From Stylophora pistillata (taxonomy: Eukaryota), in NCBI RefSeq assembly GCF_002571385.2, contig NW_019217904.1, forward strand, positions 530,944-584,471: a stretch of 53,528 bases of DNA, written 5' to 3'. Below, piece after piece: positions 11,210-22,466 of the stretch. The notes under the pieces are model-generated. The model saw only the letters and a program-made list of their open reading frames with translations, did not search any database and was not told where the DNA came from. The position numbers were made by a program, and so were the translations under genes. Position 1 is the first letter of the stretch, and each line of letters starts with the position of its first letter.

Positions 11210-13612
11210 ATAGATGGAATCCTTGAAGTGAAGAATATATCGGGCGAGGTGTTAGGCTAGATCATAGAGGTTCAGGAGACGATAATAGGAAAGGATAATG
11301 GAAGGTATGTAAATGCGGTAGAAAGAGATGGAACAAAAGGCAGAAAATAAAATAAATATAGTCAGGGTAAATAATATAGTCAGAATAAAAGGTCTTTGAA
11401 GGGTTTCTAAAGCTACGTTTCGAACGTTAGCCCCTTGTCAGAGCGAAGTGAGAACATAAGCTCGTAGCTTTTTGGTAATTAAAGTTAGTTCAAGAGAACA
11501 TACAGTAGACGTTGTAGCAGCAAGGCAATGGTACATGAAGACGAAACTTTTGTGATCCAAATGTGCCTTCGAATTCCCCTCAGCGAGTTTGATCAAGTTC
11601 TTATCCTCTTAACGTCCCATGTGTCTTTTATTAGATAATTCTTACATACACAGCGGGTAAGTTTCTTAATTAAGAAAGTGTGATACAGCATCGGTGGGAA
11701 GTATTACAAAATAATTTGGTTGCCAAGTTATCATGAAACAAATTGGCCACACGTCAGAGCCAATGACGAAGGGCTAACGTTGCGAGACTCTTTAGTTTTT
11801 CAGCCTCGAGACTATTCCGAAACAGCTTTGTGCTACTTCGGTTCTTCAGTACCACACGCCGCTTGGAGAATAAACAGAAACTGTGAAAAGCAATCGTCTC
11901 ACGGTGAATTTGAAAGACTTGTCTACAGGGGAAAAAGGTGGAAGAACATAACAAACAGATCACTGAGTCTGTCGAACAAAAACCAGGTCTTAGGATAACT
12001 AGAAGCAATCAAGAGAACCTAAGTGTAAAGTGTAAAACCAAAAGACAGTGAAGATAGTTTAGAACAGCCTATCTTAAGAAAGGTGTTCTGCAGCTCCCTT
12101 AAATTAATTCATTTTAGACTAAGACTATACATCATCTCAGCTTCGAATGAGACACGGTATCCTTGAAACAGCCTCTGGCTATGATATTATTCAATTTGTT
12201 AGCTTAGCAAAATAAGTTGTTGTGCTTTTAAAATCAGTATTCTGAAGGAACTTTTTACTATGAATATACAAAGTTATCAATCAATCAAAGCGGGACACTA
12301 GCTGGAGAACTTTCTGATTTATCTCATAGATTCATGCCAATTTCCACGCCGAATTCGTAGCTGATTATCAATTTCAGAAATTCAAAATACTGCAAAACGA
12401 CAAGACCGGAAAAAAAATTGAAATCCACGGTAACGAAAACTCACTGATCGCTATTTACTAGCTTTTACATAAATTATCTTCAATAAGCGCTCGGAGCTAA
12501 GTGAATTAAGATTTGTTTGATACGGACAAGAGGCTGTTCGCTACACTGACAAATTTTGAAGGAAAACCGAAGATTTCCGAAAATTAACTGTATCAACAGC
12601 GCGGAAAACGATCTGAAGGTAAGACAAGGTTCTCGTATCTCAGTCCAACAATGGCGCCGGAAGATGCGTAAGATTGTTTAGTTCTGATAATTTTGTGTCA
12701 TATAATGAGAATCGCTATCTCTGAAGTTTACTAATTTGCATGGTGGTGGTGATTCAGGTTGTTAAAATTATTTTTAAGAGCTAAATCCATTTGACGCATG
12801 AAAAGGCGGTACATGTACAGTCTGTTGGCTTCCGTAAGAATTGGGAAGTTACTCATTACCAAGGGTATTTTAAAACTTCTTCCTTCTTCGTTCTTTTGAA
12901 TCATCATTTTGTCCTTCCTCTAGAAGGCTAGTTAGAAAACATAACAAAATTTCCAGTATCGCTAATAAAAAAAAAGAGCTATGCTATAAGTGAGTCAGTT
13001 TCAGGTTTGTGGAGACACATTTTAAAAGACTTGGCTTTATTTGTTGGTTTATGGGAGGGGTGGGTGCGCAGTTGCTCAGATACGGACATCAATCCAAGAA
13101 AATCTCATCACATGCGCACAAAGTTGAAAGATAACGGGTAACAATTTCCTAATGAAATTTTTGAAATCATCATTTAATATTTTCCCTTGAAGGCTACATG
13201 CTGGAGTTTTCACGATTCCGGCAATTCCACAAACAGCATCTTCCATTGAAGACATAAAGCTCTCGCCAAAATCTGTAACTGTTATCGTCACTTTTTGAGC
13301 ACTTTTTAGGTATCGGTTTAAAGACGATACCTAAAAAGATTATTTGGTCGTTATCTCGAGAAATTTTATCGTGAAATGCCGTGCGATTGGTTGTTGTATA
13401 ATTACCTCTTTCTGCAAGGTAGATAAAGGGAAGAGAGAAAATAAATTACGAGCTCTTTTGAATATTGCAGCCCCAGATGTAGGCATGGACTGCATGGCGC
13501 TAGAAAAATCTGGAAAGTGAGGAAATAACGTTTCAGTAAGTCTTTTCAAAGAGTTTTCCTCACTAGTACTTGGTTACACTGGATTAAACGCTCCAAGGAA
13601 GACGTCAGTAAC

Positions 13613-16340
13613 ATGAGGTGGAAGGCGAAGGTAAGCTGAATTACTCCGGCTGCCTGTGGCATAATTTGTAGTCTCCATTTTTATTTTCTAAACTTTCACT
13701 GCACACATAGTCTATCCTCAACCGAACCAAACACGCTAGGGTGGGGTAAGTTAACGTCTCGTCAGTGATCAGCGTGGTATGAACTCTTATCGACGATATT
13801 TATCATCACAGTGGCCAAAATTTTGAACCCTGTGATGATAAGCATCGTTATTGATAAGAGTGCAGACCACACTAAACCACTGTCGATTTATTTTTTACCA
13901 TAATATCCACGTCAAATAAAACGACTCTATCAGTGCGTGACACGTTGACGCGAGCAGCGTTGTTTGTATTTTTATCAACAACAGCAAATTAGCCAATCAG
14001 ATTTCGACATTACTGCCAATTGTGGTAAAATAAAATTCTCAGCTTACCCACCCCCTACCCCCAAGTGTTCGCGTTCATCAATTCTTCCTGGCTGATATTT
14101 CGTTCGCGCTTTGGAAGATGAGCTAAGAGAAAATTGAAGGTAGCAAAAATTGTAACCATTAGTTTTGTTTTCCTTCCAATTGAAGTTGTATCTTTGTCAG
14201 ACAAGAGGAAATAATTCGCCTTCCAAGACTATTCTTCTGATGATAACAGCGGGACTGATGCTTCATCTGAACTGGAGGTTTCAACCATCTGGCGTCAGTA
14301 AGTAGTTATGCAACGCAATAACTACCAGAGACTTTCCATATGAAAATACATCCAAAATTCTCGCCAGCTTTCTTTGGGACGCCCTTTCAGTTTGAACAAT
14401 TAAGGCAAGTTAGGGATCAATTTCGTTCTCTGAGAAACCGCACACCCCTCCCCTAAGGTTGGGTTAATGTTGGGCAGGGGAGGGGAAGGGTAGGTGCGCA
14501 GTTACTCAGTACTGACGAAGCTTCAGTCCTACGTTTTACTTATTGTCTGTTTACCTCTATTCGTTTCTATTCACATGAAGGATTATGTGCGAAATTCTTT
14601 CTTTGCAGCAGAGTCCCAAATAATTTTGTCGAATGTTGTAGATAGCTTCACTACCATTAGGCCAAGGGTTTTTTCGAGGAAACCGTGCTGTGATTGGTTC
14701 ATGATTCATTGGTTCAAGATTCTGCCCCCCGCCGGGTTCCGAATCAAGACGAAGAATGGTGTTGGTTTTCGCACAACCAGCAAGTTGCCAAGCCAAGACT
14801 AATCGTAAATTAATTTATCTACTAACTGTTTCATGTTGAGATATTGCAAATTGTCGTCAGCTTGTCGCACAAGTTCAGCGCACTTTGAAGCAACCAATTT
14901 GATTTAATACTGATAAAACCAGTCTGAGCTGATCAACAACTAGAATGTCAATGAAATCCTCCAAAACTCTCTCTCGAAAAACAAAGAAAAAAATCAATAG
15001 ACTTTGCTGCTCAGAGTAGCCGCTAATTAGTTAAAGAGACCTTCGCTATCATTGACTTCTTTACTGTCTGTCCTTCTTTCAAGAAGTAATTGAAACAATA
15101 TGACTACCAAAGAACAATTAGGGACCTTAACTCAGCAAGCCACGACGACGATGGAAACGAGGACGTGGCAAAACTTGCAAAAGTCCGAGGAGTTGAATGG
15201 CCCAGCACATGAATTGCGAAACTTCGCGCATTTCTTAGCCGTCTTCCGCAAAAGAGGATCTTGAAATAACGAACATGTTCGTGGTCTGACAACGCCGTGA
15301 AATCCTAGACGTTATTTAAGTTTCCATTTGGAACTCAAAGCAGCGCACATGCGTAATACTGAAGTTAAGGTGTGGCGACGTAAGAGACGGTCTTACCACA
15401 TGTCAAGGGATAAAGGATACTTTTTGCTCTTCTTAGGTATGACTTGCGAGGTAAGCTGCAACGTAAAGGACATATTATCTTGTTCACCACTCGGGAAGAT
15501 CATCACGAAGACGAGTGTAAGAGAGCTGGGAAAATCGCTCACGAGAAAAGGTACAAATGGAGAGAATGGTGAATATACCCTTCGTTTCGGTATATTACAT
15601 CAATTACAACTCTCAAATTATTGTCTAATCGTTTAGTTTTAGTTTTTCTAGCCATTGGAATTCCAACTGTCGAAAGGACCCACAAGAACAAGACGGAAAG
15701 TTATTTGACTGCAACTTTAAACTCGATCTTGACAAGTGGTGTTTCGGGGGACGACCTCAAAGACATTATAATTGTTGTTTTTCTTGCTGACACCGAAGAA
15801 TCAGCCCGCGCGATAGTAAAAAAGAAACTACTAGAAAACTTTGGTAAATACTTGGAGATGAATTTAATTCATGTCATTTCGGCTCCATCCTCGTTCTATC
15901 CTCGCTTAAAGGGAATTCCGTCGACTTTTGGAGACGGGCCTGACAGAATGTACTGGCGCTCAAAACAGAGCATGGATTATGTGTTCATGTTTTATTACAG
16001 TCATGGCCTTGCAAATTACTATTTGCATCTTGAAGATGATGTCAGAACTGAGCCTAACGCTTTGAGTCACATACGAAAATTTATTGACCAAAGAGGCAGT
16101 GATAAGTGGGAAGTATTGAGTTTCAGCAAGTGGGGGTTTATAGGAATGCTTTTCCACGACGACAATCTGCGATTGTTTGGTCGTTATCTCGAAAAATTTT
16201 ATAGTGAAATGCCGTGTGATTGGTTGTTGTATAATTACTACACTTCGAGAGGAGGAAAAGCAATCTTCCGAGATAAGAACGTGTATGAGAAGGCACTTTT
16301 TCATCACATTGGTCACCAGTCTTCCTCCCTTGGAACATAA
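13613..16340 (+). CDS. MGAT4-family (GT54) beta-1,4-N-acetylglucosaminyltransferase-like protein, about 308 aa, type II membrane
   Basis: Proposed exons 13613-13630, 14201-14297, 15437-15550 and 15643-16340, phases compatible. Translation: MRWKAK...ILLMITAGLMLHLNW (signal anchor)...GKSLTRKVFLAIGIPTVER...SYL.ATL...WRSKQSMDY...YYLHLEDDV...GFIG.LF...EMPCDWLL...LFHHIG..SS. The large exon is secure; the three small 5' exons are inferred. Confidence 0.85.
14323..14664 (+). repeat. About 340-bp segment duplicated at about 28452-28793
   Basis: Near-identical run from TACCAGAGACTTTCCATATGAA to CTTCACTACC.TTAGGCCA at both sites. Confidence 0.85.
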
Positions 16341-16636
16341 CATAGTCAACAGCCTTTCTTGTTAGCACTCGTTACCAGTTCTCCTCCATAAACCACGGTC
16401 AGTAGTAGCCTAATTGTCCTTCTCTCTAAATGGAGTGGTCATTAATTCCGCTCTGTTCTATTTTGTTGCTACGAATTCGCACTTATTTCATACATTCTGC
16501 TATTTACGCTATGATTTACTATAGTTCTTGTCTCTGATTGGACGGACGATGTATTTCCACAGTTGTTAGCTTCTAATCTTTAAATGTGTCAATTAGAAGG
16601 AAAAAATCTCAGTCTGCATGATATAAGATGTCACAT

Positions 16637-16770
16637 TATGGAAAGTGCGCACCAACGATTTTATTCACTAGTTACGATGCATCGAAAACCTCGTTCGTTC
16701 GATGTGTTCAATCGTTCGTTTGTTGGATGCATCGCAACTCGAGAATAAAAACTTTTGTTGAGCACTTTCT
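16637..16770. mobile_element. Short palindromic MITE-like repeat
   Basis: Imperfect inverted arms GAAAGTGC.CA..AAC..TTTTATTC...AGTT.CGATGCATC / GATGCATCGCAACT...GAATAAAA...GTTGAGCACTTTC. Confidence 0.55.
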
Positions 16771-17641
16771 TTAAAATAATCTAACAAATTCTAACCTCGA
16801 GACAAACCAGCTAAGTTAAAGTTTGTAACGATATTGCTACGGCATTGTTTTTGTCGGCTCTATAAGTCTAACGAAATACACAAATCTGGAAAAAACTACC
16901 TTCCAATTGAAATTTTTTTGGAAATTTGTGGCTAAGAATATTTATCCTCGTGTCATACGCAAAAGATCGTTGTCCCAATTGCGAAGAAGTATGCTCTGCT
17001 AGGATAAAACGCGATTAGAGAGGATCTTGTCCATTTAATCAATGGGCTTTTTAAGATGAAAAAAAAAACTTCTAAAGCTCTCCTTGTAAAAAGGAGCTTT
17101 GCCTTCTTAAAAATAAATTGCCAGCTTCATATCAAGGACTTGAGGATCTAAGAAATGGTCTTTTCAGGTAATTGATTTAGAGCAAATGCTGGATCTTATT
17201 GGCTAATCTTTGCTTTGTGCTCCGTTATTTAAATCTCACAGGTTCTTTTATCACTGATCTCTTGGTGATCTATTTCAACATTCAAGAGCTTTAAAAAAAG
17301 GAGCCCAGGAAGGCATTCCTTGTAACAACTAAATTAAATTAGCAGTTTTTTCTGAGCCTTGCGTTGTGGGTCTTGACACCTCGTTAGATTCAGGGACGTC
17401 ATTCATGTGCGGCCGAAGAAGTGCATTGTTTTCGAAACGATGGATGGAGACCCGAGTTCAATTTTTAGCACAATTGAAGACAATTCCAGAACGGCTAGGT
17501 CACCCCTTAGATTATCAAAACACAGCATATAGTAAATTTAAGCATTCATTAATGGCAGAGATAACAACAACCGTGTGATTTGTAGAAAAACTTCTCCTTT
17601 AACAAAGAATTTAAAAATACAAAAATTGATCGTACTATAAA

Positions 17642-19786
17642 CTAGCTATCTAAACATTTAGTATGGTTAAATCGATTTAACAACACGTCTACCATTCCGA
17701 TTGAATTTTTTTCTGCAGAGTATTTGCGCGTTAGTAAAACAGGTCTGATGTAACTTATGTTACGTGATATATAACGCCAAAATAAACTATCGTCGTTCTG
17801 TGCGCGCTCCTCCCCGTAAATAAATCCGATATCAACTCCTGATAATCTCTCTGATTTATCAGTCAGATCGAGCATTTTTATCATGGTGGGAACTGCTATT
17901 TCCATGTACACCTGATGCTTTTGAAAAACAGCGGACAGTTTTTCAAAGGCCATGGCCTGTTCTGAAGGAATGTAAAATAGATTTGAAAAGCCTCGATAAC
18001 ACATGTTCAAGCCGCGCCCATTCCATAGCAAGGCGTTCAATGTGTTTTCCACGTCCCACGAGCTTTCCTCTTGCCCATTACTATCAATTATTGCACGCTT
18101 TTGCCCTTCATTTAGGTAAATAAGGTCTTTATAGGCCTCCTCACAAGCTTTCAGTCCCCAGGGCGTGTACCACCAGATCCAGGAATCGCGCGGTTGCTCA
18201 AACATAACCTGGTTACCAAGCTGATCAGAGCTTTCCCATATCCTAGATCTATTGAAATTTGAAATTGTCCAAAAATTTAGAAACAAATCGTTTCTAATGA
18301 ACAAGTAACCAGTAAACTGAGGTTGTGTTCAGATCGCAGTGCTCAGACACTCGTAAGCTGTGACTCCGTGAAGCATAGGGAACACAATCATCTTGTACTT
18401 GGGGTCATCTAGTGGTTTTGTAGGTCCGCAATAAACTATATGTGGAAAACGATGTCTGTAAAGCCGCTCCAGTAACGGAATTGAATCATAGAGGATTTCC
18501 ACAAAGACAATAACTAATAAAATATCTTCAAAATTCCCTTCTTTACAAGTACTTTCACTGAAGTTTTCTCTGTAGCTGTTAATGGTGGGCAGTTCGCGTT
18601 TTCGTTCGATGGAATTACTTTCCTCTTCGACAATTTCAGATCCTCGGCTGACGTAGAATGATAAATAACCTATAAAAAAACTTTTTTTGCTTTTATTCTG
18701 GGCAGTTTCTGATCGATGTCAGTACAGTACAAAAAATCACAAAAAGAGCTTTCTGACAGCACTAACGAAAATAAAGATTTCCCTTCTTATGCGGACTGGC
18801 CTCATGTGTTCTTATTCTGATTACTTTTGGTAACGGGCATATCGAGTCAATTTTGATCTCCAGCTAAATCTTGCTTAGTCTTACATCAGTCTACATAGCA
18901 TTGAATAAGCGGCTGGAGTAACTTTGCTCCCTCCCTTCCTCTCCCTCTCTCACCTCCCCCCTCCTGAGTGAGGATGCACCATCGCAGTTATAGACTTCGA
19001 GTAGTCACTCCTTTTCGACGAAGTCCGTCGCGCGAGTCCAAAAAAAAAATCAGTGAAATAAAATTAACTTAGCGCGCTTTGGGAAACTCTTCAAATGACA
19101 CTGATGCGCCGTAGGAGTTCAATGAGTGAAGTGCTCGACTACTAAGAGTCCCCCGCAGTGCACCAAGTTCTTTTTTTTTTGGCTCGCGCAACGGACTTCG
19201 CCAAAAAGGAGGAAATGCTCGTACTCAATCGCAGTTGCTATCTCCAGAATTTTTTCAGGTTTTCCTTAAACCTCGCTCGTACCCACTTATTCTCGCTGGT
19301 TGGGAAAAAAACTTTCTTCCGGGGACAAACCACAACGACCCGACCAGGACTTGAACCCGGAAATCTCAACGACCCAGAGAACTTTGCGCTACCCTTTACG
19401 TAATGATTCTTTTACGGTTAAGTTTCATCAGCTAAATTGATATGCTAAGGAGAGAAATAAATTTGATATGTTTACTATTTCAACGACGGTCCTGATGGCT
19501 TTAGATCGAACGCGCGACCTCAGGCGCCATTTTGAAAAGCCTTTTAATAAATTTGTTTTACGCTTCAATGAATGTTTAATAAGCGATCATCTCGACGCGG
19601 ACATCATAACTATCTTTAGAGCATTAAACAATTATGGAAGTTTTTAGATCATGGAAGGTTAATACCCCTTAGCTAGAGGGTGCTTTTGCAATGCTTACCT
19701 CTTGACATGATGAACACAACGGAACAGAGAGAGAACGTGATTATGCCCAGAAAACAAAGACGAAGGCAGAAGCTATAAGAGGCCAT
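17642..19786 (-). pseudogene. DUF288/STELLO-like putative glycosyltransferase gene with one in-frame TGA (nonsense allele, pseudogene or recoding)
   Basis: Exon 1 19786-19699 gives MASYSFCLRLCFLGIITFSLCSVVFIMSR (signal anchor, donor G|gtaagc). Exon 2 18669-17642 gives ...FEDILLVIVF...YDSIPLLERLY...FPHIVYCG...YECLSTAI*TQPQFTGYLFIRNDLFLNFW...SNLFYIP...F..H.VYMEIAVPTM. The TGA is at 18331-18329; the frame is otherwise open for 371 codons. Confidence 0.75.
18991..19226. mobile_element. Inverted-repeat MITE-like element in an intron
   Basis: Inverted arms CTCCTTTT..CGAAGTCCGTCGCGCGAGTCCAAAAAAAAA / TTTTTTTTTGGCTCGCGCAACGGACTTCGCCAAAAAGGAG. Confidence 0.65.
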
Positions 19787-21692
19787 GTACACTTCAACAT
19801 CACCCGCTTCCTCGCGAAGCATTTGCAATAAGATCCTTTACAAAGTCAATTAAAGCGTTAAAACCGCTTTTGCTCGCCATCAGTCCTTTTGAAAGCTTAT
19901 TTCGTTTCCTTTGTGCAAGAAAAACGCGAAAAAATCGATTGGGCTACTGCGCATGTGCGTATGATTTGTTAAGCAGGTACCAGCTACACGCAATTTTTTT
20001 TTGTTTTTATTTGAGCTTCTCACTACAATTTGTTATGCGCGACACGAACATCATTTCCCACACATTTGATAACTCTGTTAGTTTTCTTTTCGTCCCGTTT
20101 GTTCCATTTTGGAGAGAACTATTGACAAAACAACCAAAATAATTCGTTTGTTGAGGTATTAAGGATTAGTTGTTGGTGGCAAAGCCGGTTCCACTCAGTC
20201 ATATCGAGGCTGATCAAAGGACAGAGAGCTGGAGCCATTTAGTGCTACTGCTACGCTCCTTTTACTAGTTAGGTACCAATGGATTATTTAAGTGTTGTTA
20301 GAGACAACTTCATGGAAACATTCCCACTAATTGTCTATTTATCACGGATCACTGACTGCTTAATCACACGGTCAGCTCGCCTTAAAAGAAAACAAGTCAT
20401 AATTAGAAACTACATTGACACTTAAATGACATCTCAAGAATTATCATCAGGAAGGTTTACCTATCAGTGCATGACAGAAAATCGTAAAAACAAAGCTTTT
20501 CCAAAACGGATGCCAAACGCTAAACTTTAAATCAAGAAGGTGTATCGGACAACTCTCTCTCCATTTCCTGATTGCCTGATTGTGAATCAGTAAACTTTTA
20601 GATTATAATTGTTTATTTTGGTTATTTTGAACAAACAGTGAGTTTTCCTTTTCAAAGAATTTGGTCGCAGTTTCCAAAATCTTCGCTTTTAGATTAGAGG
20701 TGAAAGTTTCCATTTTGGTCGCAAATAATTTGCCTTGAAATTCTAAGGTTGAAAATGGAAAGATCGGTGTTGCAAATGACGATGCGTGTTCAACTTCAGC
20801 ACGCAGAACCCGTAAACACATATCACCTGCTTGATGCAAATATTTATATTACGAAGTGCGTTAAATATGAAGATACTAGTTAAATTGTTCTTGAAACAAA
20901 ACTTAGTTTTAGATTTCAGAGAAGTTTTTGCAAGGGCCCAGGAGCGCAATGAATACTTGCCACTTAAACTATATGTTCTGTTGACGTTTGCATCAGAGAC
21001 GAAATCTTGGTGTGAAAAGGTTTATTGGCTGTTAACCTCTGTCGTCTAAATTCTCGAAGTTCCCAAAATCTCAAATTCAGTCGGTAAATCCAGGATCAGA
21101 AACTCAGTTCGTAATATATATAGTGTAAGGCAACTTTGATGTTGACATGATTTTTACCAATTGTGATTTTTCAATTAGATTGAAATTCGTCAAAAAAGTT
21201 ATCGAACGGACTAAGGACAATCCAGATTTTCCACACGGAATCTTGGTTCATAAGAGTGGTCAATAGTTAACTGGTTAAGAGACAAAATCCAATTCGTGTT
21301 CAGTTTTAAAATTTTGTATTCAACCAAGTTATCTAGCACAGATAACAGCCATGAACTGAGCTTAATTTCCCTCACTTGCGAAGGGGGAATACCAGAAAGC
21401 AACAAGTTACTCGTGTCAGGTAGTCAACAACACTACCGGCTGAAAGACGCACTATGCAGTGGGGAAACATCGTGAGTTTACGGCTTATCTTTCGAGGAAC
21501 CTCAGTCGGTTCCTTTTCCAATATTGATCAATGAGAAAGTGGATTGAATATCTCTAAAACAAGAGCGACTTTGGACGGTGATTTCATCCATGTAGTATTG
21601 GCACTGAACCCACGCTGCCACTGATCTCTTCTAGTGTTGTTCAATTAATTCTGACCTTATCGCAGTGAACACATGGGGCCTGCTCACTGTTT

Positions 21693-21899
21693 ATACTTGT
21701 TACTGTCGGCCACCTGTAACTTTACACACTGGCTTGCCGCTCGAGACCGTAACAACTGCTAAAAACGGGTCGAGCGCGGGATATTCAAGAACCGGCCGAT
21801 CATACCGGTAGATATTGAGATCTCCGCACCTCAGAGGATCTCTCGAGGTCGTCGGCAGGAAGTTGATTCCAACTTTTTTTAGAATAAGAATTACTTATT
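21693..21899 (+). ncRNA. Candidate structured non-coding RNA of unknown family
   Basis: GC-enriched intergenic island. A 13-position closing helix encloses three hairpins, followed by a further hairpin and a T7 run. Four G-U pairs work only on the + strand (details under findings). Confidence 0.45.
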
Positions 21900-22466
21900 G
21901 AAATAAAAGGAAATAGATGGCGCCAATGGGGAGAAATTGAAATTGGAGAGTCGGTTATACTGGGAGCATGACTCTAACCGTAAGACATTCAATTTTATGA
22001 CCTAACCGTACACCTGGTTGTGACGTAATTGTTAACTTATTCAGTCCGCTTAGTCAGACGAACCGAAACTTCTCCAAACAGCTAGCGGTGTAACATCAAC
22101 ATTCTACGACCACTGTCGATAATCTCGATAAATTGTGGAAAATTATTTTTCCCACGGTCAGAATTAGAAATTTTGCTAGAGTTCTCATAAACATCTGCAA
22201 GCCATAATCCTAGCTCGCGCTTTCAGGTTTGTTTTGAACGCCAGACTGTTCCCGCGCATGCGCAAATCGAAGGATATCAGTTACGCGTTGTTAATGGTGA
22301 TACCTGAAGAGGGCTGAGAGTATCAGAGACGCAAATGGAGACAGGGCTAATCGGTTGATAACGTCATTTGAGGCAAGGAAGGAGGGATTCCTCCTTAAGT
22401 TGCCTTAAACTCGATGAGCAGTGGAGTTGGTTTGAAGGAGAAAGAACACGTCCGAGTCGAGGGGAT

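Noticed and set aside
12651-12667. ATGGCGCCGGAAGATGC|gtaag as first coding exon of the MGAT4-like gene
   Set aside because: A phase-2 join to the 14201 exon hits a stop. The 13613 exon gives an open type II N-terminus. It may be a non-coding first exon.
18670-18805. ATG at 18805 as start of the STELLO-like gene
   Set aside because: It cannot be put in frame with the main exon, whereas exon 19786-19699 supplies a signal anchor in the correct phase.
21455-21690. RNase MRP/P RNA (ACACATGGGGC resembles CR-V)
   Set aside because: No matching CR-I (GAAAGTCCCC-like) upstream to form P4; the motif sits in a local hairpin.
21970-22012. Telomerase RNA template (CTAACCGTA twice)
   Set aside because: Not the CTAACCCTAA needed for TTAGGG repeats, and no pseudoknot or H/ACA context; more likely promoter motifs.
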